Notes under the pieces: model-generated
The model's input: only the letters and a program-made list of their open reading frames with translations
Databases searched by the model: none
Told to the model about the DNA's origin: nothing
Translations under genes and position numbers: made by a program
Shown here: positions 40,067 through 51,176 of the stretch, one piece after another
How the letters are laid out: each line of letters opens with the position of its first letter
How positions within the stretch are numbered: position 1 is the stretch's first letter
Assembly (NCBI GenBank): GCA_963818095.1
Contig: CAWFRA010000027.1
Span: 2,142 to 66,141 of the forward strand
Direction: 5' to 3'
DNA: 64,000 nucleotides
Source of the DNA: an uncultured delta proteobacterium
GTDB lineage: Bacteria; Desulfobacterota; Syntrophorhabdia; Syntrophorhabdales; WCHB1-27

Positions 40067-42148
40067 ATGCAGGAAGTTATTAGAAACGTCGGCATCATGG
40101 CGCATATCGATGCCGGAAAGACAACGACGACCGAGAGGATACTTTATTACACGGGCGTCAATAACAGGATAGGCGAGGTGGACGAGGGTACGTCCACCAT
40201 GGACTGGATGCAGGAAGAGAAAGACCGCGGCATCACGATTACCTCGGCCGCGACTACGTGCTTCTGGCGCGATCACCGCATCAATATCATCGACACGCCG
40301 GGCCATATAGATTTCACCGTTGAAGTAGGCCGGTCGCTCCGCGTCCTCGACGGCGCGGTGGCGCTTTTTTCCGGCGTCGAGGGCGTAGAGCCGCAGTCGG
40401 AGACGGTCTGGAGACAGGCCGACCGCTACGGCGTCCCCCGCATCGCGTTCGTCAACAAGATGGACAGACCCGGCGCCGACCTCGACAAGTGCATGGCCAT
40501 GATGAAGGACATCCTGAAGGCCAAGCCGGTTGCCCTGCAGGTCCCTATCAAGGAAGGGGACGATTTCGCAGGCGCCCTCGACCTTATCGCCGGGGTTGCG
40601 CTGGTTTATGACCGCGACCGCATGGGCGTCGAATATTCCGTTACCGAGATACCTTCTGCGATGAAGAACAGGTATCATGCGGCGCGCGAGGCTATGCTGG
40701 AGTCTTTATCCGAGATCGACGACGAGCTGATGGACTGCTTCGTCCACGGCAAGGAGATAAGCGCGGACGACGTGAAGCGGGTCATCAGGAAGGGCACGCT
40801 CGAAGGCAGCATCCTGCCCGTCCTTTGCGGCACCGCTTTCAAGAACAAGGGCGTGCAGCCGCTCCTCGACGCGATAGTCGATTACCTGCCCTCCCCCGTC
40901 GATGTCTCCCCGTATGCCTGCTGGAACGAAGACGGCGAAGAAACGGCCGTTACGGGCTCGGTCGATGAGCCGTTCAGCGGCCTTGTTTTTAAGATCATGA
41001 ACGACCCCTTCGTGGGCCGTCTGAGTTATATGAGGGTCTATTCCGGCCGGCTCAAGCAGGGCCAGACCGTCCTCAACAGCACCAGGCAGAAGACGGAGAG
41101 GATAGGCAGGATACTCCGGCTCCACGCGAACAAGCGCGAGGAGATCAAGACGGTCGAGGCCGGCGACATATGCGCTGTATCGGGCCTCAAGAACGTCTCG
41201 ACGGGCAATACGCTTGCCGACACCGACCACCCCGTCCTTTTCGAGACCATCGAAGTCCCCACCCCGGTAGTTTCCATTGCAGTGACAACCAAAAAGAAAG
41301 ACGACCTGAAGAAGATGTGGTTCGTCTTCAACCAGTATACGCTCGAAGACCCGTCCCTCAAGGTCAAGATGGACGAGGAAACGGGCGAGGTCGTGCTCTC
41401 CGGCATGGGCGAGCTGCACCTTGATATCATCATGGACAGGGCGAAGCGCGAGCACAACCTGAACATGTCGTTCTCCGCCCCCCAGGTCGCCTACAGGGAG
41501 ACGGTCACGCGGCGCGCCTCCGCAGTCGGCAAATACATCAAGCAGTCCGGCGGCAAGGGGCAGTACGGCCACGTAGTCCTCGAGGTATCGCCCGTAGAAG
41601 GCAAGGAGCTCGAGTTCGAGAACAAGACGGTCGGCGGCGTCATACCCAGGGAGTACATGGGGGCCATAGAGAAGGGTGTGAGGGAGGCCCTGGAGCAGGG
41701 CGTAGTCCTCGGGCATCCTTTGATAAACATAAAGGTGGAGCTGACCGACGGCTCCTACCATGAGGTCGATTCATCGGAACTTGCATTCAAGCTCGCAGCG
41801 TCGATTGCGGTAAAAGAGGCGGTGAGAAAGGCCAACCCCATTATTCTGGAGCCGATTATGAGGGTCGATCTCTCCGCTCCCCCCGAGTACCTGGGCGCCA
41901 TGGTCGGCGACATCAGCGCGCGCAGGGGGAGGATCGTAGACATCGACGAAAGAAACGAGGTGAAGTACGTACAGGCGCACCTGCCCCTCGGAGAGATGTT
42001 CGGGTACACGACCCGGCTTCGCTCTATCACCCAGGGCAGGGGATACTACACCATGGAGTTCGCCCACTACGCGCCCACCCCTCCGTCCATCGTCGAGGAC
42101 CTTATGAAGAATAGAGAAAAAACAGTTACGGAGGCTCTCTATGGCTAA
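40067..42148 (+). CDS. fusA: elongation factor G
   Basis: 693 aa. [39 protein letters not shown]. The ATG directly follows the rpsG stop. Confidence 0.97.
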   Translation: MQEVIRNVGIMAHIDAGKTTTTERILYYTGVNNRIGEVDEGTSTMDWMQEEKDRGITITSAATTCFWRDHRINIIDTPGHIDFTVEVGRSLRVLDGAVALFSGVEGVEPQSETVWRQADRYGVPRIAFVNKMDRPGADLDKCMAMMKDILKAKPVALQVPIKEGDDFAGALDLIAGVALVYDRDRMGVEYSVTEIPSAMKNRYHAAREAMLESLSEIDDELMDCFVHGKEISADDVKRVIRKGTLEGSILPVLCGTAFKNKGVQPLLDAIVDYLPSPVDVSPYACWNEDGEETAVTGSVDEPFSGLVFKIMNDPFVGRLSYMRVYSGRLKQGQTVLNSTRQKTERIGRILRLHANKREEIKTVEAGDICAVSGLKNVSTGNTLADTDHPVLFETIEVPTPVVSIAVTTKKKDDLKKMWFVFNQYTLEDPSLKVKMDEETGEVVLSGMGELHLDIIMDRAKREHNLNMSFSAPQVAYRETVTRRASAVGKYIKQSGGKGQYGHVVLEVSPVEGKELEFENKTVGGVIPREYMGAIEKGVREALEQGVVLGHPLINIKVELTDGSYHEVDSSELAFKLAASIAVKEAVRKANPIILEPIMRVDLSAPPEYLGAMVGDISARRGRIVDIDERNEVKYVQAHLPLGEMFGYTTRLRSITQGRGYYTMEFAHYAPTPPSIVEDLMKNREKTVTEALYG

Positions 42149-43340
42149 GAAAAAGTTCGAGCGCAAGAAACCCCATGTCAATGTAGGCACCATAGGCCAC
42201 ATAGACCACGGGAAGACAACACTGACATCCGCCATCACCCGCTGTCTTGCCAACAAGGGATTTGCGGAATGGATACCGTTCGATCAGATAGATAAGGCCC
42301 CCGAGGAGAAGGAAAGGGGCATCACGATCGCGACCGCCCACGTAGAATACGAGACGGATAAGCGCCACTACGCACATGTGGACTGTCCGGGCCATGCTGA
42401 CTATATAAAGAACATGATCACAGGGGCGGCCCAGATGGACGGCGCCATCCTTGTCGTGGGCGCAAACGACGGCCCCATGCCGCAGACCAGGGAGCATATC
42501 CTCCTTGCCCGCCAGGTCGGCGTCCCCTACGTCGTTGTCTACCTGAACAAAGTCGACATGGTAGACGACCCCGAGCTTATAGAGCTTGTCGAGCTGGAGC
42601 TGCGCGAGCTTCTCACCGCCTACGAGTTCCCCGGAGACAAGATACCCATCATAAAGGGCTCTGCCTTAAAAGCCCTCGAATGTGGAGACGGCAAGCCTGA
42701 TTGCCCCCACTGCAAGAGCATCTTCGAGTTGCTCGATGCCTGCGACTCCTATATCCCCGAGCCGGTCCGCGACACTGACAAGCCCTTCCTCATGCCTATA
42801 GAGGACGTATTCTCCATCTCGGGCCGTGGCACCGTCGTAACGGGCCGCGTGGAGCGTGGAGTCGTAAAGCCCGGCGAAGAGGTGGAGATCATAGGCTTCA
42901 CCCCCACCCAGAAGACGGTTGCCACATCCGTTGAGATGTTCCGCAAGATCCTGGATCAGGGACAGGCGGGCGACAACATAGGCGTCCTTCTCCGCGGCAC
43001 CAAGAAGGACGAGGTCGAAAGGGGTCAGGTCCTGGCTAAGCCGGGCTCGATAACCCCCCATACGAAGTTCAAGGCCGAGGTCTACGTGCTGAGCAAGGAA
43101 GAGGGAGGCCGCCATACCCCCTTCTTCACGGGCTACCGTCCCCAGTTCTACCTGCGTACCACCGACGTGACGGGCATAGTCAATCTCCCCGAAGGCGTTG
43201 AGATGATCATGCCCGGCGACAACGTCACCATTACCGTAGATCTCGTGACCCAGATCGCCCTTGAGAAAGAGCTTCGCTTTGCCATCAGGGAAGGCGGCAA
43301 GACCGTAGGCGCCGGGGTAGTGACGGAGATATTAGAGTAA
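42141..43340 (+). CDS. tuf: elongation factor Tu
   Basis: 399 aa. [22 protein letters not shown]. The start overlaps the fusA end by 8 nt. Confidence 0.98.
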   Translation: MAKKKFERKKPHVNVGTIGHIDHGKTTLTSAITRCLANKGFAEWIPFDQIDKAPEEKERGITIATAHVEYETDKRHYAHVDCPGHADYIKNMITGAAQMDGAILVVGANDGPMPQTREHILLARQVGVPYVVVYLNKVDMVDDPELIELVELELRELLTAYEFPGDKIPIIKGSALKALECGDGKPDCPHCKSIFELLDACDSYIPEPVRDTDKPFLMPIEDVFSISGRGTVVTGRVERGVVKPGEEVEIIGFTPTQKTVATSVEMFRKILDQGQAGDNIGVLLRGTKKDEVERGQVLAKPGSITPHTKFKAEVYVLSKEEGGRHTPFFTGYRPQFYLRTTDVTGIVNLPEGVEMIMPGDNVTITVDLVTQIALEKELRFAIREGGKTVGAGVVTEILE

Positions 43341-43366
43341 TACTAGAGCGATAGAAGAGGAAAAAT

Positions 43367-43672
43367 ATGAGGCAGAGAATCCGGATATGCCTGAAGGCAT
43401 TCGATCATCGATTACTCGATCAGTCGGTTAAAGAGATCGTGGACGCGGCCAAGAAAACCGGGGCACAGGTTGTAGGTCCGGTTCCCCTGCCTACGAATAT
43501 CCAAAAGTTTTGTGTATTGCGGTCCCCTCATATAGATAAAAAGTCGCGTGAGCAGTTCGAGATACGGACGCACAAGAGGCTTATTGATATTGTCGAGCCC
43601 ACGCAGCAGACGGTGGACGCCCTGATGAAACTTGAGTTGTCGGCAGGCGTCGATGTGGAGATCAAGTCTTAG
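43367..43672 (+). CDS. rpsJ: 30S ribosomal protein S10
   Basis: [20 protein letters not shown]...[24 protein letters not shown]. Confidence 0.97.
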   Translation: MRQRIRICLKAFDHRLLDQSVKEIVDAAKKTGAQVVGPVPLPTNIQKFCVLRSPHIDKKSREQFEIRTHKRLIDIVEPTQQTVDALMKLELSAGVDVEIKS

Positions 43673-43681
43673 GGGTGTCTT

Positions 43682-44308
43682 ATGGCGAAAGCGGACGTCT
43701 TGAATATTCAGGGCCAGAAGGTAGGGGAAGATCGAATTGAACGACTCCGTCTGGACGGCCGACATTAAGCCTTACCTCATGCACGACGTTGTGGTGATGC
43801 AGCTCGCGAACCGACGGCGGGGCACGGCCTCGACGAAGACGCGGGGAGAGGTTCGCGGCGGCGGGAAGAAACCCTGGCGCCAGAAGGGGACGGGCCGGGC
43901 AAGGGCAGGCAGCTCGACGTCGCCCGTATGGGTCGGCGGCGGCACCGTCTTTGGGCCGAAGCCGAAGGAATACCATGTATCCGTCCCCAAAGAAGGCGAG
44001 AAAGGTGCGCTTTGCGCTCGGCGCTGTCCAGCCGTTACGCGGACGCTGCGGTGAAAGTTATCGATAAGCTCGACCTCGGGACGATCAGCACGAAGAATTT
44101 CGCGGGCGTTATGAAGATATTGAGCCTTTCAAAGCCCCTCCTCGTCGTCCATGGGAAGGACGAGGTGCTGGAGAAATCAGCCCGGAACATCCCCTACACG
44201 AAGGTGCTCAGGGTTGAGGGGCTCAACGTATACGACGTCATCAGGCACGAGCAGCTCGTCGTGACGGTCGACGCCCTCGCAAGAATAGAAGAGGCATTGT
44301 CATCATGA
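43682..44308 (+). pseudogene. rplD: 50S ribosomal protein L4, three +1 frame changes as assembled
   Basis: [16 protein letters not shown] / IELNDSVW...[19 protein letters not shown]...[10 protein letters not shown] / ...[12 protein letters not shown].... Changes ~43725, ~43990 and ~44010. Starts 9 nt after the rpsJ stop. Confidence 0.9.
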
Positions 44309-44593
44309 ACCAGTTCGACGTGATACTAAGGCCCATAGTGACGGAAAAAAGCTCCCTCATGAAGGACGCGAGCAACCAGTACGTCTTCGAGGTGGCAAGG
44401 ACTGCAAACAAGATCGAGATCGCCAAGGCGGTCGAGCAGCTCTTCAAGGTGAAGGTCGTCTCCGTGCGAGTCATGAACATAGAAGGCAAGAAGAGGCGGC
44501 TGGGCAAAGCATACGGGTAAGCGGCCGGACTGGAGAAAGGCCGTAGTCAAGGTAAGCCCGAAAGATAAAATCTCTTTCTTTGAAGGTGCGTGA
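44305..44593 (+). pseudogene. rplW: 50S ribosomal protein L23, frameshifted near the C-terminus as assembled
   Basis: MNQFDVILRPIVTEKSS...FEVARTANKIEIAKAVEQLFKVKV. +1 change ~44515 restores ...[24 protein letters not shown]. Confidence 0.9.
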
Positions 44594-45421
44594 TGGGAGT
44601 AAGGGAATATAAGCCGACCTCGGCCGGCAGAAGGTTCATGAGTGTTTCGACCTTCGAGGAGATCACGAAGAAGAAGCCCGAGAAGTCGCTGCTCGCCCCG
44701 GTACGGAAGACGGGCGGCAGGAACAACAAGGGAAGGATCACCACGAGGCATATCGGGGGCGGCCACAAGCAGAAATACCGGATCATCGATTTCCGGAGAG
44801 ACAAGCTTGAAGTCCCCGGCAAAGTAGTGGGCATCGAGTATGACCCGAACCGCTCGGCCAATATCGCCCTCATCGCCTACGCAGACGGCGAGAAGAGGTA
44901 CATACTCGCGCCGGCGGGCGTTCGTGCGGGCCATACGTTGGTGGCGAGCAGGAAGAGCGACACGGAAATCAAAGAGGGCAATACGCTGCCCCTGAAGCTC
45001 ATCCCGCTCGGCACGTTCGTCCATAACGTAGAGATGAAGCCCGGCAAGGGCGGCCAGATGGCGCAGAAGCGCAGGCAGCTATGCGCAGGTCGTCGCCAAA
45101 GAGGGCGACTACGGCCACTTGAGGCTCCCTTCAGGAGAGGTCAAGCTGATACACCTCACCTGCACTGCCACCATCGGGCAGGTCGGCAACATCGACCACG
45201 AGAACGTGGACTGGGGAAAGGCGGGCAGGTCGCGCTGGCGCGGCGTGCGCCCGACGGTGCGCGGCACCGCCATGAACCCGGTCGACCATCCGCTTGGCGG
45301 CGGTGAGGGAAGGACCAAGGGCGGCAGGCATCCCTGCTCGCCGTGGGGACAGCTTTCCAAGGGCCTCAAGACGAGGAAGAACAAGAGGACCGATAAGTTT
45401 ATCGTGAAGAAGAGGGGTTAG
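44593..45421 (+). pseudogene. rplB: 50S ribosomal protein L2, one frameshift as assembled
   Basis: [14 protein letters not shown]...[13 protein letters not shown].... +1 change ~45068 into ...[10 protein letters not shown]...[21 protein letters not shown]. Confidence 0.93.
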
Positions 45422-45430
45422 GAGGTTTCC

Positions 45431-45721
45431 GTGCCTAGGTCGCTGAAGAAAGGGGCGTTCGTCGACGACGATCTCATGCTGAAGGTGGATTACGCAAAGG
45501 GCTCGAGGGAATCGAAAGTCATCAAGACATGGTCGAGGCGCTCTACCATTACCCCCGATTTTGTCGGTCTGACCTTCGCGGTCCATAACGGCAAGAAGTT
45601 TATACCCGTCTTCGTGAGTGAAGAGATGGTGGGCCACAAGATGGGCGAGTTTGCGCCCACCCGGATCTTCCACAGCCACTCAGGAGACAGGAAGGCAAAG
45701 GTAGTGAAGAGGAAGGAGTAG
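45431..45721 (+). CDS. rpsS: 30S ribosomal protein S19
   Basis: GTG start. [14 protein letters not shown]...[25 protein letters not shown]. Confidence 0.97.
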   Translation: MPRSLKKGAFVDDDLMLKVDYAKGSRESKVIKTWSRRSTITPDFVGLTFAVHNGKKFIPVFVSEEMVGHKMGEFAPTRIFHSHSGDRKAKVVKRKE

Positions 45722-45784
45722 AAACGGATTACGTCCTTTTCACGAGGGGGCGATGAGCCCCGCGTAATTCCTAAGGAGTCGGAA

Positions 45785-46117
45785 ATGGAAATCGTGGCGA
45801 AAGCGAAAATGATGAGGATCTCAGCCGTAAAGGTGCGGATCGTCGGCGATCTTATTAAAAAGAAGAACGTCAACACCGCCCTCGGCATACTCCAGTTTAC
45901 GCCGAGGAAAGGGGCTTTTATCCTCAAAAAACTGCTCGATTCCGCCATCGGGAACGCGCGGCAGCAAAAGTACGTGGACGTAGATACGCTCTACGTAAAG
46001 AATATTGTCGTGAACGAGGGGCCTACCATGAAGAGGTTCCTCCCGAGGGCAATGGGGCGGGCCACTCCGATACGCAAAAGAATGAGCCACGTTACATTAG
46101 TCTTGGACGAAACATAA
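45785..46117 (+). CDS. rplV: 50S ribosomal protein L22
   Basis: 110 aa. RISAVKVRIVGDLIKKKNV...FLPRAMGRATPIRKRMSHV. Confidence 0.95.
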   Translation: MEIVAKAKMMRISAVKVRIVGDLIKKKNVNTALGILQFTPRKGAFILKKLLDSAIGNARQQKYVDVDTLYVKNIVVNEGPTMKRFLPRAMGRATPIRKRMSHVTLVLDET

Positions 46118-46132
46118 CAAGCGGGGGTTAAA

Positions 46133-46777
46133 TTGGGTCAGAAGACACATCCGATAGGTTTCAGGCTTGGGGTGATCAGGACTTGGGATTCCAAGTGGTA
46201 CGCGTCCAAGAATTACGCGCTCTTCCTCCACGAGGATCTCCGCATGAAGAAGTTCCTCAAGGCGAGGCTCTACCAGGCGGGCATCTCCAAGATGGAGATA
46301 GAGAGGGCCGCCAATAAGGATAAGAGGGCGAAGATGAATATCTGGACTTCGCGCCCCGGCATCGTCATAGGCAGGAAGGGCGCAGAGGTCGAGAGCCTGA
46401 AAAGAGAGCTTCAGAAACTGACGGATAAAGAGATACTGCTCAATATCACGGAAGTGAAGCGTCCGGAAGTGGACGCCCAGCTCGTTTCCGAAAACGTCGC
46501 ACTGCAGTTGGAGCGGCGCGTCTCCTTCAGGAGGGCCATGAAGAGGAACGTCTCCCAGGCCATGAAGTTCGGAGCGAAGGGCATCAAGATCATGTGCTCC
46601 GGCAGGCTCGCCGGCGCAGAGATGGCGAGGACCGAGTGGTACAGGGAGGGCAGGGTCCCCCTCCAGACGATAAGGGCGGACATCGATTACGGGGTTGCGA
46701 CCGCTTCGACGAAGTACGGCGTGATCGGCGTAAAGGTCTGGCTCTTCAAAGGTGAAGTTTATCAGGAGACAAGGTAA
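46133..46777 (+). CDS. rpsC: 30S ribosomal protein S3
   Basis: TTG start. [23 protein letters not shown]...[23 protein letters not shown]. Confidence 0.97.
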   Translation: MGQKTHPIGFRLGVIRTWDSKWYASKNYALFLHEDLRMKKFLKARLYQAGISKMEIERAANKDKRAKMNIWTSRPGIVIGRKGAEVESLKRELQKLTDKEILLNITEVKRPEVDAQLVSENVALQLERRVSFRRAMKRNVSQAMKFGAKGIKIMCSGRLAGAEMARTEWYREGRVPLQTIRADIDYGVATASTKYGVIGVKVWLFKGEVYQETR

Positions 46778-47194
46778 ATGCTTGCACCTAAAAGGGTCAA
46801 ATACAGAAAACAGCAGAAAGGCAGGATGAGAGGCGTCTCGTCGAGGGGCGCGGAAGTGAGCTTCGGCGATTACGGCCTGCAGGCTACCGAATGCGGATGG
46901 GTCACGGCCCGCCAGATAGAAGCGGCCCGCGTGACGCTTTCCAGGTACGTCAAGAGGACGGGGAAGCTCTGGATTAGGGTCTTCCCGGATAAGCCGATCA
47001 CGAAGAAGCCGGCAGAGACGAGGATGGGCAAAGGCAAGGGCCCGGTCGAGGGCTGGGTAGCGGTCGTTAAGCCCGGCAAGGTCTTATACGAGATCATGGG
47101 CGTGACCGAGGAAAAGGCCCGCGAAGCCCTGCGCATAGCCGCCCAGAAGCTTCCGATACAGACGAAATTTGCCATGAGGAGCCGGGTAGAATGA
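46778..47194 (+). CDS. rplP: 50S ribosomal protein L16
   Basis: [19 protein letters not shown]...[21 protein letters not shown]. Confidence 0.97.
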   Translation: MLAPKRVKYRKQQKGRMRGVSSRGAEVSFGDYGLQATECGWVTARQIEAARVTLSRYVKRTGKLWIRVFPDKPITKKPAETRMGKGKGPVEGWVAVVKPGKVLYEIMGVTEEKAREALRIAAQKLPIQTKFAMRSRVE

Positions 47195-47392
47195 AAGCCA
47201 AAGAGTTTAGAGGACCTGACCCCGGAAGAGCTCGCGAAGAGGCATAAGGAGCTGAAGGAAGAGGTATTCAACCTGAGGTTCCGCCATTCGACCGGGCAGC
47301 TCGAAAACACGTCGCGCATGAAGATCGCAAGAAAGGACCTTGCGCGGATAATGGCTGTGCTTCACGAAAAGGCCCAAGGCAGGCAGGTATAA
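47191..47392 (+). pseudogene. rpmC: 50S ribosomal protein L29, frameshift at codon ~6 as assembled
   Basis: ATGA overlap with rplP. Removing one T near 47208 gives [53 protein letters not shown].... Confidence 0.85.
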
Positions 47393-47395
47393 GCG

Positions 47396-47686
47396 ATGGA
47401 AGAGAAAAAGGACGCGAGAAAGAAAAAGCTGGTAGGCATAGTCGTCAAGGACAAGATGGACAAGACGGTCGTCGTCGAGGTGGAGCGCGTCCTTAAGCAT
47501 CCGGCGTACCACAAGTACCTGAGCTCGAAGACGACGTGCAAGGCCCATGACGAAGAGAACAAGGCAAAGATCGGCGATAAGGTGCTGATCGTGGAGACAA
47601 GACCGCTCAGCAAGGACAAGAGGTGGGTGGTCAAGGAGATCATCGCGAAGGAATCGCCGGCGCCCGAGGCGAACGAGGTGGCTTAA
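47396..47686 (+). CDS. rpsQ: 30S ribosomal protein S17
   Basis: [33 protein letters not shown]...[11 protein letters not shown]. Confidence 0.95.
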   Translation: MEEKKDARKKKLVGIVVKDKMDKTVVVEVERVLKHPAYHKYLSSKTTCKAHDEENKAKIGDKVLIVETRPLSKDKRWVVKEIIAKESPAPEANEVA

Positions 47687-47688
47687 CC

Positions 47689-48057
47689 ATGATACAGGTG
47701 AGGACGAAGCTCGAAGTCGCGGACAACTCGGGGGCCAAGAAGCTAGGCTGTATACGGATCCTGGGCGGCTCCAGGAAGAGGTACGGCACCGTTGGCGACA
47801 TCATTGTCTGCTCGGTGAAAGAAGTGATGCCGAACAGCAAGGTGAAGAAAGGCGAAGTCGTCAAGGCAGTCATCGTCCGCACCAAGAAAGAGATCAGAAG
47901 GATCGACGGCTCGTACGTGCGATTCGACGACAACTCGGCCGTTATGATAAACCAGTACAACGAGCCGGTAGGGACCAGGATATTCGGACCTGTGGCGAGA
48001 GAGCTGCGGGCGAGGAGGTTCATGAAGATCGTCTCCTTTGCCCCCGAAGTAGTGTGA
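47689..48057 (+). CDS. rplN: 50S ribosomal protein L14
   Basis: [27 protein letters not shown].... Confidence 0.97.
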   Translation: MIQVRTKLEVADNSGAKKLGCIRILGGSRKRYGTVGDIIVCSVKEVMPNSKVKKGEVVKAVIVRTKKEIRRIDGSYVRFDDNSAVMINQYNEPVGTRIFGPVARELRARRFMKIVSFAPEVV

Positions 48058-48063
48058 GGTAGC

Positions 48064-48387
48064 ATGGAAAAGGCATATCACGTCAAGAAGAACGACATGG
48101 TCATGGTCACGGCGGGGAAAGATAAAGGTAAGACCGGCAAGGTTCTCCGGATAAACCGGAAGACGGACCGGATCATAGTCGAAAAGGTGAACATGATCAA
48201 GAGACACGTGCGGCCCAGCCAGAAGACAAAGGGCGGCATCATGGAGCGGGAAAGCCCTATCCCCGTCTCGAACGTCATGATGTATTGCGACAAATGCTCC
48301 AAGCCCGTCAGAGCGGGGACGCGTGTTCTCGAAGACGGCAAGAAGGTCAGATACTGCAAGAAGTGCAACGAGGTCTTCGACAAGTAG
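48064..48387 (+). CDS. rplX: 50S ribosomal protein L24
   Basis: [25 protein letters not shown] (KOW motif). 107 aa. Confidence 0.95.
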   Translation: MEKAYHVKKNDMVMVTAGKDKGKTGKVLRINRKTDRIIVEKVNMIKRHVRPSQKTKGGIMERESPIPVSNVMMYCDKCSKPVRAGTRVLEDGKKVRYCKKCNEVFDK

Positions 48388-48395
48388 GAGGGGTA

Positions 48396-48940
48396 GTGAA
48401 AACGGCGTATATGGAGCAGTATGAAAAAGAGATACGGCCTGCGTTAATACGCAAGTTCAAGTACAAGAACGTAATGCAGGTGCCCGAAGCTGACGAAGGT
48501 CGTGATCAACATGGGCTTGGGAGAGGCCATCCAGAACATCAAGGCCCTCGATGCCGCCTCCGGCGACATGGCCCTGATAGCGGGGCAGAAGCCCGTCATC
48601 ACGAAGGCGAGCAAGTCGATAGCTTCCTTCAAGCTCCGCAAGGGCATGCCCATCGGCTGCATGGTCACGCTGCGGCGGGAGCGGATGTACGAGTTCTACC
48701 AGAAGCTCGTGACCATCGTTCTGCCGAGGGTCAGGGACTTCAAGGGCGTCTCCGCGAAGTCGTTCGACGGCAGGGGGAACTACACCCTGGGCTTAAAGGA
48801 ACAGATCATCTTTCCCGAGATCGAGTACGACAAGGTCGACAAGGTGAGGGGCATGAATATCACGATCGCAACTACGGCAATCAACGGACGAAGAGGCATT
48901 TGAGCTTCTGAAGCTCATGGGCATGCCTTTCAGAAGTTAG
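48396..48940 (+). pseudogene. rplE: 50S ribosomal protein L5, two +1 frame changes as assembled
   Basis: GTG 48396 ...[22 protein letters not shown] / [14 protein letters not shown]...[18 protein letters not shown]...[16 protein letters not shown] / ...[18 protein letters not shown]. Changes ~48485 and ~48885. Confidence 0.92.
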
Positions 48941-48948
48941 GAGGAGTG

Positions 48949-49134
48949 ATGGCGCGAAAGGGCATGATCGAGAAGGCGAACCGGCCCCCGAAGTTCAGGG
49001 TGAGAGCAAGAAACAGGTGCACTATCTGCGGGAGGCCGCGCGGCTTCATCGGCAAGTTCGAGATGTGCAGGATCTGCTTCCGGTCGCTTGCCCTGAGAGG
49101 CGAGCTGCCCGGGGTTATCAAATCGAGTTGGTAG
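48949..49134 (+). CDS. rpsN: 30S ribosomal protein S14, zinc-binding type Z (61 aa)
   Basis: [45 protein letters not shown] (CxxC...CxxC). Confidence 0.95.
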   Translation: MARKGMIEKANRPPKFRVRARNRCTICGRPRGFIGKFEMCRICFRSLALRGELPGVIKSSW

Positions 49135-49149
49135 GAGGATAAATGATAA

Positions 49150-49545
49150 ATGACGGATCCCATAGCCGACATGCTGACAAGAATAAGGAATGCGATCATG
49201 GCGCGCCATGAATGGACCGACATGCCTTATTCGACGGTGAAGTTCTCCATCGCCAAGCTCCTCAAGGAAGAAGGATACCTCAGGAATTACAAGGTTTTCG
49301 TAGATGAGGCGAGGAAGAAGTTCATCAAGGTGTACATCGGTTACGACGAACGCATCGAAGAGCGTGATCTCGGGTCTGCGGAGGATCAGCAAGCCCGGCA
49401 GGCGGGTCTACGTGAAGGCCCTGGACATAGGGCGAGAGAAAGGCAAGCTCGGAACGGCGGTCGTGTCAACATCCAGGGGCCTTATGACCGATAGACAGGC
49501 CATCGGGAAGCGCCTGGGGGAGAACTTCTCTTTCGGGTCTGGTGA
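49150..49545 (+). pseudogene. rpsH: 30S ribosomal protein S8, two frame changes as assembled
   Basis: MTDPIADMLTRIRNAIMARH.... +1 change ~49355 into ...[15 protein letters not shown].... A -1 change in a G-run ~49518 restores the terminal GGELLFRVW. Confidence 0.92.
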
Positions 49546-49553
49546 GGTGTAAG

Positions 49554-50091
49554 ATGTCAAGGATAGGAAAAAAACCCATACTCCTGCCCTCCGGCGTCAA
49601 GGTGGAGATGAAGGATGGGCTGGTATTGGTGAAAGGGCCAGAAGGGGGCGCTCGAAAGGCCGCTGCTGGAAGGTATCGAGATGGACATCGGCGGCAATGC
49701 GGTCAACGTGAAGAGGCTGAGCGACGACAAGCGGACGAGGAGCTATCACGGCCTCATGCGGACCCTCGTCGCCAACATGGTCGAGGGGGTGTCGAAGGGT
49801 TTCGAGAAGAAGCTGGAGATCGTAGGCATCGGCTACCGGTCGGAGCTGAAGGGCGGCAACCTCGCTCTCTATCTCGGCTATTCGCACCCCATCGATTTCC
49901 CGCTGCCTGAGGGCATATCCGCGGAAGTGGAGAAGCAGACCCTCGTCACCATCAAGGGGATAGACAAGGAACTGGTCGGCCAGACGGCCGCGAAGATAAG
50001 GGACTTGAGAAAGCCGGACCCTTATAAGGGCAAGGGCGTCAAGTATGCGGGCGAGGTGCTGCGCAAGAAGGCGGGCAAGACCGGGAAATAA
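49554..50091 (+). pseudogene. rplF: 50S ribosomal protein L6, one frameshift as assembled
   Basis: MSRIGKKPILLPSGVKVEMKDGLVLVKGP / KGALERPLLEGIEMDIGG...EIVGIGYRSELKG...[11 protein letters not shown]. +1 change ~49640. Confidence 0.93.
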
Positions 50092-50103
50092 GGGGCGTCA
50101 GCA

Positions 50104-50471
50104 ATGGACAGAAAAGACAAGATCGAGGCGAAGGCTGAAGAGGAAGAAGAGGATCCGGAAGAAGATCTCCGGGACTGCCGCCCGGCCGAGGCTCTGTGTC
50201 TTCAAGAGCCTGCAGCACATGTATGCGCAGCTCGTCGACGACGGGACGGGCAAGGTGATCACGGGCGTCTCCACGCTGACCAAAGAAGTGAAAGGCGGAA
50301 TCAAGCACGGCGGCAACGCCGCGAGCGCAAAGGTGGTGGGCGAGGCGATGGCGAAGAAGGCGCTGGACCTCGGCGTGAAAGAGGTCATCTTTGACCGGAA
50401 CGGTTTCAAGTATCACGGAAGGGTCAAGGCCCTCGCGGACGGCGCACAGAGAGGGCGGACTAATCTTTTAA
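50104..50471 (+). pseudogene. rplR: 50S ribosomal protein L18, two +1 frame changes as assembled
   Basis: An extra base right after ATG (~50107) hides [47 protein letters not shown] second change ~50445 restores ...ADGAREGGLIF, stop 50469-50471. Confidence 0.9.
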
Positions 50472-50482
50472 GGAGGATTCGG

Positions 50483-51009
50483 TTGATCGAAAAGAAGCGG
50501 ATTGACCCAGCAGAGCTTGAGCTGCAGGACAGGGTGGTTCACATAAACCGCGTGGCAAAGGTTGTGAAGGGCGGCCGGAGGTTCAGCTTCAGCGCGATCG
50601 TCGTCGTCGGGGACGGCAATGGCCACGTAGGCTTTGGCCTGGGAAAGGCGAACGAAGTACCCGACGCCATCCGGAAGGCCGTGGAGCGGGCAAAGAAAGG
50701 CATCATAGAAGTGCCCATCAACCGGGGCACGGTGCCCCACGAGATAACGGGCATATACGGGTCGAGCCAGGTCTTTATCAAGCCGGCCATGGAAGGCACG
50801 GGCGTTATCGCCGGCGGCGCGGTGCGGGCCGTCGTTGAGGTGGCGGGCATAAGAAATATACTACACGAAATGTTACGGATCACGAAATCCGCACAACGTG
50901 GTGAAGGCTACGATGAAGGGTCTTGCGATGCTGAAGCCGCGACGTGGCTCTGAAGCAGGCGGGAAAGCCGAAGCCGGAGGAGGCATCGACGTGGCGCACC
51001 TTAAGATAA
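50483..51009 (+). pseudogene. rpsE: 30S ribosomal protein S5, two +1 frame changes as assembled (3' end uncertain)
   Basis: TTG start. [44 protein letters not shown]... / [20 protein letters not shown].... Changes ~50865 and ~50935. Confidence 0.88.
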
Positions 51010-51176
51010 AATGGGTGAAGAGCATGATATCGCGCACGGAGGACCAGAGGGATACGATGAGGAGCCTGGGGTTCAAAAGGCTCAATGAGGAGCGGGTCGT
51101 CAAGAACACGCCGGAGATACGGGGCATGGTCAAGAAAGTGATACACCTGGTAAACGTGCTGGAGGACGTGAGATAA
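50991..51176 (+). CDS. rpmD: 50S ribosomal protein L30
   Basis: GTG start. AHLKIKWVKSMISRTEDQRDTMRSLGFKRLNEERVVKNTPEIRGMVKKVIHLVNV. Confidence 0.85.
   Translation: MAHLKIKWVKSMISRTEDQRDTMRSLGFKRLNEERVVKNTPEIRGMVKKVIHLVNVLEDVR

Noticed and set aside
39155-40678. 507-aa ORF on the minus strand
   Set aside because: It lies exactly antisense to rpsL, rpsG and fusA and has an Arg/Pro/Leu-rich, stop-poor high-GC antisense composition. The same applies to 25457..26584 (antisense dnaJ), 21476..22678 (antisense to the UROD/MetE-like domain plus the start of rmuC), 55759..57168 (antisense rpoA/rplQ), 40706..41761, 8..9-kb antisense malQ ORFs and 6146..6805 (antisense rplC).
42141-42148. 8-nt overlap of the fusA stop region with the tuf start
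   Set aside because: It is real in the sequence (ATGGCTAA) but is simply tight translational coupling and is not informative on its own.
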